A program made the position numbers and the translations under genes. 64,000 nucleotides of DNA, from positions 218,890 through 282,889 of the forward strand of contig JACKFJ010000001.1 in assembly GCA_020632535.1 (NCBI GenBank). Reading direction: 5' to 3'. Below are positions 53,721 to 62,995 of the stretch, one piece after another. This DNA comes from Candidatus Omnitrophota bacterium. Lineage in GTDB: Bacteria > Omnitrophota > Gorgyraeia > Zapsychrales > JANLHA01. The notes below the pieces were generated by a model. That model saw only the letters and a list, made by a program, of their open reading frames with translations. It did no database searches and was not told where the DNA came from. The first letter of the stretch is position 1, and each line of letters starts with the position of its first letter.

Positions 53721-55650
53721 ATTTTTTGGAGCCGTGGTGCGGATATTGCCCATTCGGGTGTCTTTATCCATTGGGAAAATGTTAGGCATGGTGGCGTATT
53801 ATCTCAACGCAAAGCATCGCAAAATTGCATATTCAAATCTAAATGTTGCTTTTTCGAAGACCAAGTCACCGGAAGAAATTCGTCGAATTGCCAAAGAAAC
53901 GTTCGCAAATTTTGGACAAAATCTTATTGAACTTTTTCGTTTTCCATTGATGAATACGGATAAATTTCGTGAATTTGTTCAGCTCGAGGGCGCGGAACAC
54001 ATTGACAATGCGATTAAAGACGGCAAAGGTGTGATTCTGTTGGCGATGCATTCCGGTTCTTGGGAAATGGCGAATTTAATCGGTGCTATGTTGGGGCATC
54101 CGTATAAGGTTCTTGTGAAGCCGCAGGAAAAGTTCTCTCGGTTGGGAGAATTACTGAATTCATTTCGTCGTAGTGGTGGTTCAACAGTTGTTGAGCGTGG
54201 TATGGGTACCCGCGAACTTTTAAAAGGTTTAAAAAATAATGAAGTTGTCGCGCTCGTTGTGGATCAAGGGGGGAGAGATGGAATGCGGATTCCATTTTTT
54301 GGTAAGGACGCGAGTTTGTCGGTGGGCGCGGTTCGGCTGGGACTTAAAATGGATGTTCCTATTTGTTTTGTCTCGATCGTTCGCAAGAAGGGGCCTTATC
54401 ACCGTTTGGTAATTAATAAGCCTTTGGCACTAACACGGACGGGAGATGCCGATAAGGACGTCAGTGATAATTTAAAGTCAATTGCGGCAATCATGGAAGA
54501 GAATATTTGTCGAAACCCATCAGAATATATGTGGTTTTATCGGATTTGGAAATATTCGAAAGAAGCGGTGATTGGTATTATTACTGATGGCAAAGCTGGT
54601 CATTTACGTCAGGCGGAAGCAGTAGCCGGATTGTTAAAAATGGCTTTAGCAGAACGTGGCATTTTGGCATCGTTGCCAATTCTTCACGCAAGTTTTAAGA
54701 ATAAGTTCTTGGCAAGATTTTTTTCGGTGACGGCGAGTTTGGGTAATTTATTAAAACATCGGGGTCGTATTTTTCTCTTGCGGTTATGCCTAACTCCGGA
54801 TTCATTTGATCAAATATTTTCCGTTAAGCCTGATTTTATTATTTCGTGTGGATCTTCGGTGGCGCCGGTTAATTATCTTTTATCGCAGGAACACGATGTG
54901 AAAACAGTTGCGATTCAAAAGCCGGGGATTTTAGGTTTTCGCGATTTTGATTTAGTGATTTTACCGCGTCATGATAAAAGTAAGAGAAAATGGCCGGATC
55001 ATGTTGTTGTCACACAAGGTTCTCCGAATTTGGTAACGTCGGCTTATTTGGATGAGTATAAAAATGCTTTGGTGAAACGATATTCTCATCTTAAATCAGG
55101 TGACAATTTTAAGATTGGTGTATTGCTTGGTGGAGACACTCCGGAGTTTATATTGAGTGAACAACGTGTTCGTGTGCTTTTGCATCAGCTGATGGAAGCG
55201 GCCGAGGAGACGCAGGCGGACATTCTTTTGACTACGTCACGCCGGACTTCGCCAAAAGTAGAGAATCTTATTATGCGTGAATTGCGAAAGTATCATCGTT
55301 GCAAGTTTTTGATTATTGCCAACCGTGAAAATATTCCCGAGGCGGTAGGTGGTATTTTAGGATTGTCGGATGTCATTGTTGTGTCGGGGGACAGTATTTC
55401 CATGGTTTCAGAAGCTGCGAGTTCTGGCAAGAAGGTGGCTGCCTTTTTTGTCGAATCGCGTAACGGAGCACCTTTTGAAAAGACGAAACATGGTCGTTTT
55501 CTTGAGCGTTTAAGCGCTGAGGGGTATGTTTTATCATCGGATGTGCGTTATATGAAGGACTCTCTTTACAAATTAATCAAGAACAAAGTGCAAACACGAA
55601 CTTTGGATGATGCGGCTTTGATTTTGGAACATTTGCGAAAATTTATTTAA
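53680..55650 (+). CDS. Fusion protein: LpxL/HtrB-type lipid A late acyltransferase (aa 1 to ~290) plus an ELM1/DUF1022-family GT-B-like domain (aa ~295-656)
   Basis: The N-domain has LAMHSGSWEM (the H(x)4E acyltransferase motif) and LVVDQGG. The C-domain starts IGIITDGKAGHLRQAEAVAGLL and contains VLLGGDTP and LLTTSRRTSP, motifs recalled from the ELM1 (mitochondrial fission ELM1-like) family. No stop or frame change occurs between the domains. Confidence 0.75.
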   Translation: MKFLSELIIYWVVKFFGAVVRILPIRVSLSIGKMLGMVAYYLNAKHRKIAYSNLNVAFSKTKSPEEIRRIAKETFANFGQNLIELFRFPLMNTDKFREFVQLEGAEHIDNAIKDGKGVILLAMHSGSWEMANLIGAMLGHPYKVLVKPQEKFSRLGELLNSFRRSGGSTVVERGMGTRELLKGLKNNEVVALVVDQGGRDGMRIPFFGKDASLSVGAVRLGLKMDVPICFVSIVRKKGPYHRLVINKPLALTRTGDADKDVSDNLKSIAAIMEENICRNPSEYMWFYRIWKYSKEAVIGIITDGKAGHLRQAEAVAGLLKMALAERGILASLPILHASFKNKFLARFFSVTASLGNLLKHRGRIFLLRLCLTPDSFDQIFSVKPDFIISCGSSVAPVNYLLSQEHDVKTVAIQKPGILGFRDFDLVILPRHDKSKRKWPDHVVVTQGSPNLVTSAYLDEYKNALVKRYSHLKSGDNFKIGVLLGGDTPEFILSEQRVRVLLHQLMEAAEETQADILLTTSRRTSPKVENLIMRELRKYHRCKFLIIANRENIPEAVGGILGLSDVIVVSGDSISMVSEAASSGKKVAAFFVESRNGAPFEKTKHGRFLERLSAEGYVLSSDVRYMKDSLYKLIKNKVQTRTLDDAALILEHLRKFI

Positions 55651-55658
55651 GGAATTGT

Positions 55659-57752
55659 ATGCGTATTCTACAGATTTTACCTGAGTTAAATGTTGGCGGA
55701 GTTGAAACCGGTACAGTGGATTTTGCCAAATATTTGCGAGAGAAAGGACATCATGCAGTTGTTGTTTCAAACGGCGGTCCTTTGGTTCAAGAATTGACGA
55801 CTGCCGGCATCGCGCATTATGTTTTACCCGTTCATAAAAAATCGATATTCACAATGTTAAAATGTGTCAAATTATTGCGCGATATTATTGTGACGGAAAA
55901 GATCGATATTGTTCATGCTCGGTCCCGCGTTCCGGCATGGATAGCTTTCTTTGCGTGCCGTAAAACATCAGCTGAGTTTTTGACAACTTGCCACGGATAT
56001 TATTCAAAGCACTTTTTTAGTGTCATTATGGGCTGGAGTAAATTAATTATCGTTCCAAGTCAGGTTATTGGACGGCATATGGTTGATGATTTTAAAGTAT
56101 CCGCGGAAAATGTTCGTTGTATTCCGCGCAGTGTCGATTTGCAACGTTTTAATGTTACACGTCAGGACAAGGAAACCAAAGCTCCGCCGGTTATTGCTAT
56201 TGTTGGCCGTATTACGCCATTAAAGGGGCACACGTATTTTCTTCGCGCTATGGCTCATGTTGTCCGGAAAATGCCGTATGTCAAAATCTGGATTATTGGT
56301 GATGCGCCATTAGGAAAGGAAAGCAATCGTGAAGAATTGCAGGTTTTAGTTCGTAGATTGGGTCTTTCGGACTCTGTTGAATTCTTAGGAACGCGCCAAG
56401 ACGTGCCGCAGCTTTTGGCTAAAACAGATTTGCTTGTGATGTCATCCATTGTTCCTGAGGCTTTCGGACGAGTTATTCTCGAGGCGCAAGCCGTCGGTGT
56501 TCCGGTTGTCGCCACATCGGTGGGAGGTGTTGTTGAGATTATTGATCATGAAAAAACCGGTCTTTTGGTTCTTCCTAAAGATAGTGATGCCATGGCGGAA
56601 GCCTGTTTGCGGATTTTGTCGGATAAAAAATTTGCGAAACAGCTGGTTGTTAGCGCGCGTCAAAAACTTGAAACCAAATTCACGTTGCGGCATATGGCAG
56701 AGAGCACAATTAAAGTTTACGAAGAGCTTTTAAAGGCGATGCGTATTCTGGTGATTAAAATCAGTTCTGTCGGGGATGTGATCCTTATTACGGCTTCCTT
56801 AAAAGCTATTCGGCAGCAATTTCCATCCGCGCGGATTTGTGTTTTGGTTGGTGAAGCTTCTCGGCGGATTTTGCAGCGGTGTCCTTACGTTGATGAGTTG
56901 ATTGTTGTTGATTTTAAAAATCGTGATCGTGGTTTTAAACGTCTTTGGCAAATTGGGCGTAAGCTTTTGCAATACAAATTTGATAAAGTTATTGATCTGC
57001 AAAATAACAATCGTAGTCATCTTCTGGCATTCTTGAGCTTTCCGAAGGAAAGTTATGGTTTTAAACGTGGTCGTTTTGGTTTTTTGCTGACTAATCCGAT
57101 TAAAGCGATTAATAATAATTTGCCGCCTGTTGAGCATCAGTATCAGATTTTAGGACAGATGGGGATGGTTTATTCCAAAGATAATTTATTAGAACTGTGG
57201 CCTTCAGAAAAGGAAAAGAAAGACGCTGTTCGGCTTCTTGAGTCGGAATGGGTAAGTTCAAATACAATAGCAGTTGGTGTTAACATTGCGGCTTCTGGTC
57301 GGTGGGGTACGAAGAATTGGCCAGTTGAATATATTGCGCGGCTTTGTGATATTTTGGCCGCAAAGAATATTCGTGTGATTGTGACGGGCATGGATAAAGA
57401 TCGGGCATTGGCTAAGCAACTTACGAGTTTAACAAAAACAAAACCAGCTATTCTTATTGGTAAAACAGATTTGATGGAATTAGCAGTAGTGATAAAACAA
57501 TGTAAAGTTTTTATTTCGCCGGATTCGGCGCCTTTGCATATCGCGGCGGCCATGAAAGTGCCGGTAATTGCTTTGTTTGGACCAACGTCGTCACGGCGCC
57601 ATATGCCGCCGGCTAAAACCACGATCGTCGTTGAAAAGAAACCTACGTGTGCGCCGTGTTATAGTTCAACATGTAAGGTTAAAACGCATGTTTGTATGCG
57701 TGACATTTCACCGGAAGAAATTGCGCAGCACATTTATCAACTGATTAATTAA
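55659..57752 (+). CDS. Fusion protein: GT4 glycosyltransferase (aa 1-360) plus GT9 heptosyltransferase-like domain (aa 361-697)
   Basis: GT4 part: MRILQILPELNVGGVE and EAFGRVILEAQAVGVPVVAT. GT9 part, from the in-frame ATG at 56739: MRILVIKISSVGDVILIT and PDSAPLHIAAAMKVPVIALFGPT. It is a single ORF. Confidence 0.8.
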   Translation: MRILQILPELNVGGVETGTVDFAKYLREKGHHAVVVSNGGPLVQELTTAGIAHYVLPVHKKSIFTMLKCVKLLRDIIVTEKIDIVHARSRVPAWIAFFACRKTSAEFLTTCHGYYSKHFFSVIMGWSKLIIVPSQVIGRHMVDDFKVSAENVRCIPRSVDLQRFNVTRQDKETKAPPVIAIVGRITPLKGHTYFLRAMAHVVRKMPYVKIWIIGDAPLGKESNREELQVLVRRLGLSDSVEFLGTRQDVPQLLAKTDLLVMSSIVPEAFGRVILEAQAVGVPVVATSVGGVVEIIDHEKTGLLVLPKDSDAMAEACLRILSDKKFAKQLVVSARQKLETKFTLRHMAESTIKVYEELLKAMRILVIKISSVGDVILITASLKAIRQQFPSARICVLVGEASRRILQRCPYVDELIVVDFKNRDRGFKRLWQIGRKLLQYKFDKVIDLQNNNRSHLLAFLSFPKESYGFKRGRFGFLLTNPIKAINNNLPPVEHQYQILGQMGMVYSKDNLLELWPSEKEKKDAVRLLESEWVSSNTIAVGVNIAASGRWGTKNWPVEYIARLCDILAAKNIRVIVTGMDKDRALAKQLTSLTKTKPAILIGKTDLMELAVVIKQCKVFISPDSAPLHIAAAMKVPVIALFGPTSSRRHMPPAKTTIVVEKKPTCAPCYSSTCKVKTHVCMRDISPEEIAQHIYQLIN

Positions 57753-57754
57753 TC

Positions 57755-58855
57755 ATGAATATTTTATTAGTTTCAACACATTTGAATGTCGGTGGAATTA
57801 CGAGTTACCTTTTCGCGCTTTGTCGACAGTATATAAAAAAGGGTCACCACGTTTTTCTTGTTTCTGCCGGTGGGGCGCGAGCGGCTGAATTCTTGCGCGA
57901 GGGAGTCACATTGATTAATGCCGCCGTCATGACCAAGTCCGAAATCAACCCACGAATGTATTGTGATGTCCCGCGCCTTTTACAAGTGATACGTAAAAAC
58001 AAAATCGATATTATTCATTCTCATACACGTGTTACTCAGTTTTTAGGACGTACACTGAGTTTTTTTTCTGGTGTGCCATATGTTGCAACGTGTCATGGGT
58101 TTTATAAGACGCATTGGTTTCGTCGGACATTTCCATGTTGGGGCAAAGCTGTGGTAGCTATTAGTCCTCCCGTTAAAGATCATTTGCTCCAAGATTTTAA
58201 AGTGTCACCAAAGCGAGTTTTTTTGATCGCAAATGGAATTGATTTGGCTTCGTTTAAGCCTGTGGATGCGCAAGCGCGCTTAGATGCCCGTCAAAAATTT
58301 AAAATTACACAAAATCCTGTGATTGGCATGGTTTCACGATTAGCCGACGTAAAAGGGCATAGCGTGTTGATTGATGCAATGCCAAAAATCGTTAAGAATT
58401 TTCCTGAGGTATTGTTGTTTCTTGCCGGTGAGGGAAAAATGAAAGAGCAGTTAAAGGATCAGGTTAAACAATTAGGGCTTGATAATCATGTGATGTTTGC
58501 GTCAGTTTTTAATCCTAGTGGCGATATCCTTTCACTTTTCAACGTTTTTGCTATGCCCTCTTTGGATGAAGGATTTGGGCTTTCGGGAATGGAAGCGCAA
58601 GCTTCGGGATTGCCGATTGTTGCCACGAATGTTGGCGGCATTCCGTCTTTTGTTTTTCATGAAAAAACTGGTTTGCTTGTCCCACCCAAAGATTCTGAAG
58701 CTTTGGCGGACGCGATTATCCGGTTTTTGCAAGATCCTGAATTTGCTAATCAGATAGGTCAGCAAGCTCTAAAATTTATTCAGGAGAATTTTTCTTCTGA
58801 AATCACGGCCACTAAAACTTTGCAAATGTATGAAAAGGTCCTTGAGGCTAAATGA
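57755..58855 (+). CDS. GT4 family glycosyltransferase
   Basis: MNILLVSTHLNVGGI and the E(x)7E region EGFGLSGMEAQASGLPIVATNVGGIPSFV. Confidence 0.85.
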   Translation: MNILLVSTHLNVGGITSYLFALCRQYIKKGHHVFLVSAGGARAAEFLREGVTLINAAVMTKSEINPRMYCDVPRLLQVIRKNKIDIIHSHTRVTQFLGRTLSFFSGVPYVATCHGFYKTHWFRRTFPCWGKAVVAISPPVKDHLLQDFKVSPKRVFLIANGIDLASFKPVDAQARLDARQKFKITQNPVIGMVSRLADVKGHSVLIDAMPKIVKNFPEVLLFLAGEGKMKEQLKDQVKQLGLDNHVMFASVFNPSGDILSLFNVFAMPSLDEGFGLSGMEAQASGLPIVATNVGGIPSFVFHEKTGLLVPPKDSEALADAIIRFLQDPEFANQIGQQALKFIQENFSSEITATKTLQMYEKVLEAK

Positions 58856-59880
58856 GTTCTGTGCAAAAGTTTGAGAGTATTCTCGTCGTAAATGTCAATT
58901 GGCTGGGGGATGTGATTTTTGCAATTCCTGTTTTTAAAGCTTTACGAAAACAGTATCCGCAGGCACGGATCAGCTGTTTAGCTGTTGGGCGTGTCAAGGA
59001 CATTTTGCAGTGTATTCCACAAATTGATGACATTATTGTCTATGACGAAAAAAAAAGAGATCGCGGTATTTTTCGCAAGCTTGCTCTGATCCAAAGTTTG
59101 CGTCGTAAAAAGTTTGACGCGGTTTTTTTATTGCATGGATCGTGGTCACGAGCATTGATTATGTTTTTAGCAGGCATTCCTGTGCGTGTAGGATATGAGA
59201 CTAAAAAAGGGAAAAGGTTTTTAACACACACTGTTAAATCTCTCTGTGAAGATACCCATAAAGCTGATTGTTATTTAAATGTTGTGGAATCTTTTGGAGT
59301 TCTTGGGAGTGATCGCACATCAGAGTTGTCTGTGCCGCAATCTGCAAAAGACGACATTGCAAAAATTCTCTTTGGTGTGGGAATTCAAGTGGGCGAACGA
59401 TTTGTTGTTGTGCATACCAGTGGTAATTGGGATTTAAAACGTTGGCCGCAGGAAAATTGGTCGCAGTTAATTCGCATTTTAGTGCGGGATTTTAAAATTA
59501 AAGTTGTGATTTCGGAAGGGCCCAGTGAATTAGATTGGGCGAATGCCATCGCGATGCAATCACAAGTGAATCCAATTGTTCTTGCCGGGCAGACAAATTT
59601 GCAGCAATTGATGGCATTGTTGGAGCGCGCGACTTTAGTTATTAGCGCGGATTCCGGTCCTTTGCATATTGCCAGTTGCGTGAGTCAAAATATTATTGGT
59701 ATTTATGGACCGACAATGCCATCGACAACAGGGCCGCGTGGTAAAGCCAAAGTTAATATTTTTCATAAGGATGTTGGCTGTAACCGTGCGTCATGTTATT
59801 ACTTGGCGTGTCCCGATAATGTTTGTATGAAAGCGGTGAAGATTGCCGACGTGGTCGATTGTATTAAGGAGCTTATCTAA
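58852..59880 (+). CDS. GT9 family glycosyltransferase (ADP-heptose:LPS heptosyltransferase-like)
   Basis: ILVVNVNWLGDVIFAIP, ADSGPLHIAS, IGIYGPT. ATGA overlap with the upstream gene. Confidence 0.85.
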   Translation: MSSVQKFESILVVNVNWLGDVIFAIPVFKALRKQYPQARISCLAVGRVKDILQCIPQIDDIIVYDEKKRDRGIFRKLALIQSLRRKKFDAVFLLHGSWSRALIMFLAGIPVRVGYETKKGKRFLTHTVKSLCEDTHKADCYLNVVESFGVLGSDRTSELSVPQSAKDDIAKILFGVGIQVGERFVVVHTSGNWDLKRWPQENWSQLIRILVRDFKIKVVISEGPSELDWANAIAMQSQVNPIVLAGQTNLQQLMALLERATLVISADSGPLHIASCVSQNIIGIYGPTMPSTTGPRGKAKVNIFHKDVGCNRASCYYLACPDNVCMKAVKIADVVDCIKELI

Positions 59881-59885
59881 ATAAA

Positions 59886-60860
59886 ATGCTTGATAAAAGT
59901 AAAATTAAGAAAATTCTTGTAATTTCATTAAGCAATGTTGGTGATATTGTTTTGACGTTTCCGGTTATTGATATTTTAAGACGCGATTTTCCTGACGCGC
60001 GCATCGATGTGATTGTTGGGCCACGGGGCGAGTCGTTTGTGAAAAATAATCCTAATCTGGGACGTATATTTTTGTATCACAAAAATCAGCCGCCATTGCA
60101 TATGATTAAGTGGATGATGGAATTGGGTCGTCAACGATATGACTTAGCCGTTGATTTACGTAACACCGCAATCCCTTATTTAGCTTTGGTCAAGCAGAGT
60201 ACATGGCCGATGTTGATTCGTCCTAAGGGTTTGCACATGAAGCAACAGCATTTGGCAAGGCTAAAGTCTGTTCATTGTTTTACAGAGGAATCTCAGCAAC
60301 ATTTTGCGCTTTATATTTCTGATGATGACCGAAAGTTTGTTGATGCGCAATTGTCGGTAAAGAAAAAGATCATTGTCATTGCTCCGGGTTCGCGCGCTGA
60401 GAATAAAAAGTGGCGTGAAGATGGTTTTGCCAAACTTGCTGATTATCTTTGTGAGCATTATGACGCAGATGTTGTTTTTGTTGGTGATGAGAATGACGTT
60501 AGGGGAGTTGGGAGAATTTTAAGAATGATGAAGCAGTCGGCTCATGATTTAACAGGTAAGTTGTCACTGCCACAGCTGGGATATGTGATGTCTTTGTCCC
60601 AGTTGTGTGTTGCTAATGACAGTGCGCCTTTGCATTTGGCGAGTTATTTAAAAATCCCTGTCGCGGCATTTTTTGGCCCGACCGATCCACAAAAATATGG
60701 TCCATGGAGCAAAAAGAGTATTGTGATTCAAAAGAATGAGAGTTGCCGTGCGTGCCAAGGAGATAAAAATCAACTGCATAATTGTTTAGAGACTGTACAA
60801 TTCGAAGATGTTTTACGTGTTCTTGAACCTGCTTTAGCGGAAATTTTTCATGTCAGATAA
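59886..60860 (+). CDS. GT9 family glycosyltransferase (heptosyltransferase-like)
   Basis: ILVISLSNVGDIVLTFP, NDSAPLHLASYLKIPVAAFFGPT. Confidence 0.85.
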   Translation: MLDKSKIKKILVISLSNVGDIVLTFPVIDILRRDFPDARIDVIVGPRGESFVKNNPNLGRIFLYHKNQPPLHMIKWMMELGRQRYDLAVDLRNTAIPYLALVKQSTWPMLIRPKGLHMKQQHLARLKSVHCFTEESQQHFALYISDDDRKFVDAQLSVKKKIIVIAPGSRAENKKWREDGFAKLADYLCEHYDADVVFVGDENDVRGVGRILRMMKQSAHDLTGKLSLPQLGYVMSLSQLCVANDSAPLHLASYLKIPVAAFFGPTDPQKYGPWSKKSIVIQKNESCRACQGDKNQLHNCLETVQFEDVLRVLEPALAEIFHVR

Positions 60861-61890
60861 ATTAAATATTTTAATTATCCGCACCGATCGTATTGGCGAT
60901 GTCGTTTTAACAACCGCGGCCGTTCATGCGATTCGGGAAAATTATCCCAACGCTAGATTAACAATGCTTGTAGCTTCGTCGACACGTGAACTTGTGGAGG
61001 GAAATCCTGATCTTGATGAAGTTATATTTGATGATCGTGAAGGGAAAAATAAGGGATTTATCGGATTTTGGAAGCAAGTCGCGATTTTGCGCGCGAAAAA
61101 ATTTGACTGGGTTTTTGTTTTTCATACGAAGCGTCGTACCAATCTTGCTTGTTTCTTGGCAGGTATTCCTCGACGGACAGGTTATAAGAATGAAAAATAT
61201 GGTTTTTTGCTGACTGAGAAGATTATGGATGATCGAGAAGCCGGTATCAAGCATGAAGCGCAATACTGTTTAGATGTTTTAAACGCGATTGGTATTCCGG
61301 CGCCGCTTGCGGAAGCCAAGTGTGTTCTTCCGGTGCGTGTGGAGTGTGAAGAGTGGGCGGATAAGTGGTTGCTTGGACACAAAATCGAAAAAAATACGGT
61401 ATTGCTTATTAATCCTTCCGCGAGTGATCCTGGACGACAATGGCCGGCAGAAAGATTTGCGGCTTTGATTAAAGATTTACAAAAGAAATATCCTTATTCC
61501 ATTGCTGTGATTGGTGCGAAAAATAGTGATGCGGCACAGCGACTTTTAAAACTGGTTGATCGTAAAGTTATTGATGTCACTGGGCAAACTTCGATGTCGC
61601 AGTTGATATCACTTTTACGACGCAGCCGCATGTTGATTTCAAATGATACCGGTCCAGTTCATGTTGCGGCTGCCTTAGACGTACCCGTCGTTTCTATTTT
61701 TACTCGTAATGAGCCGGGTATCAATCCAGAACGCTGGCGACCTCTGGGTGAAAAGACCAGAATTGTTGTAACTCCTTATAAGGGAGATATTTCCTTTCGA
61801 AAAGCAAAGGTTGTTGACGCCAGTTACCTTAATGCGATCTCAGTAGAATCAGTGGCTGAAGCTGTTGACGCCCTTTTGAAACTGTGTTAG
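60850..61890 (+). CDS. GT9 family glycosyltransferase (heptosyltransferase-like)
   Basis: ILIIRTDRIGDVVLTT, NDTGPVHVAAALDVPVVSIF. Overlaps the upstream gene by 11 nt. Confidence 0.85.
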   Translation: MSDKLNILIIRTDRIGDVVLTTAAVHAIRENYPNARLTMLVASSTRELVEGNPDLDEVIFDDREGKNKGFIGFWKQVAILRAKKFDWVFVFHTKRRTNLACFLAGIPRRTGYKNEKYGFLLTEKIMDDREAGIKHEAQYCLDVLNAIGIPAPLAEAKCVLPVRVECEEWADKWLLGHKIEKNTVLLINPSASDPGRQWPAERFAALIKDLQKKYPYSIAVIGAKNSDAAQRLLKLVDRKVIDVTGQTSMSQLISLLRRSRMLISNDTGPVHVAAALDVPVVSIFTRNEPGINPERWRPLGEKTRIVVTPYKGDISFRKAKVVDASYLNAISVESVAEAVDALLKLC

Positions 61891-61957
61891 AATTGCGTTT
61901 CTTTAAGGGCTCATTCGGTAGCGTTCCCGCGCTATAAAACAACGAATTCTGGTCAAT

Positions 61958-62992
61958 ATGACTTCTTATAAACATCTGATTGCGAGTTTTAAAAGCAAGA
62001 AAATACTTGTGCTTGGAGATGTTATTCTTGACCAGCATATCCGTGGGACAGTGAGTCGTGTTTCTCCGGAAGCTCCGGTGCCGATTGTTCTTCAGGATGG
62101 TGAACCGACATATAGCCCCGGTGGTGCAGCGAATGTCGCCAGTAATTTGAAAAGTTTAGGCGCGAATGTCACTTTGGTCGGCAGGATCGGCAGCGACAAT
62201 GAAGGTAAAATCTTTCTTAGCAGTCTTAAAAAGAATAAAATTTCGACTAAGGGGATTTTTAAAGATCAAAGCATCCCTACCATTATTAAGACGCGCATCG
62301 TCGCGCATCATCAGCAGGTCTTGCGTTTGGATCGTGAGCAAAATAATGATTTGAGTTCTAAAACATTGAATAAACTGCAGAATTTTTTAACAAAGAATAT
62401 TGGTCATTACGACGCTATTATTTTGTCAGATTATGGAAAAGGACTGCTCTCAAAGGCTTTAATTGAATTTACATGTGATTTATCTCGACGAGAAAAGAAA
62501 ATTATTACCGTAGATCCCAAAGTTGAGCATTTTTCATATTATGAGGGTGTGACATCAATTACTCCAAATCGCAAAGAAGCTGAAAACGCAATTCGCAACA
62601 TCAAGATCACGCATTCAGCCAGTCATCGGCTAGGTTTAAATAGCGATTGTTTAAAAACTTTACTTGATGTGGAACGTGCCGGTCAACAACTTTTGAAATT
62701 TCTAAAATTGGAATCACTCCTAATCACTTTGGGTGAACAGGGGATGTGTGTTTTTGAAAAGGGTCAAAAATCGAAACAAATTTTTACGCGGGCGAGAGAA
62801 GTTTTTGACGTGACGGGTGCTGGTGATACCGTTATTGCGGTTTTTACTTTAGCATTAAGCGTTGGCGCGACGAAATTTCAGGCCGCAGATCTTGCTAATT
62901 ATGCCGCCGGTATCGTGGTTGGAAAAATGGGTGCGGTTGCGGTCACACGGGATGAGCTTTTTAACGCAGTCAAGCATCACGGGGCGGCTTAA
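61958..62992 (+). CDS. hldA: D-glycero-beta-D-manno-heptose-7-phosphate kinase (RfaE/HldE domain I only, PfkB family)
   Basis: ILVLGDVILDQHIRGTVSRVSPEAPVPIV, GGAANVA, and C-terminal DVTGAGDT. At 344 aa it has no adenylyltransferase domain. Confidence 0.85.
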   Translation: MTSYKHLIASFKSKKILVLGDVILDQHIRGTVSRVSPEAPVPIVLQDGEPTYSPGGAANVASNLKSLGANVTLVGRIGSDNEGKIFLSSLKKNKISTKGIFKDQSIPTIIKTRIVAHHQQVLRLDREQNNDLSSKTLNKLQNFLTKNIGHYDAIILSDYGKGLLSKALIEFTCDLSRREKKIITVDPKVEHFSYYEGVTSITPNRKEAENAIRNIKITHSASHRLGLNSDCLKTLLDVERAGQQLLKFLKLESLLITLGEQGMCVFEKGQKSKQIFTRAREVFDVTGAGDTVIAVFTLALSVGATKFQAADLANYAAGIVVGKMGAVAVTRDELFNAVKHHGAA

Positions 62993-62995
62993 GAA

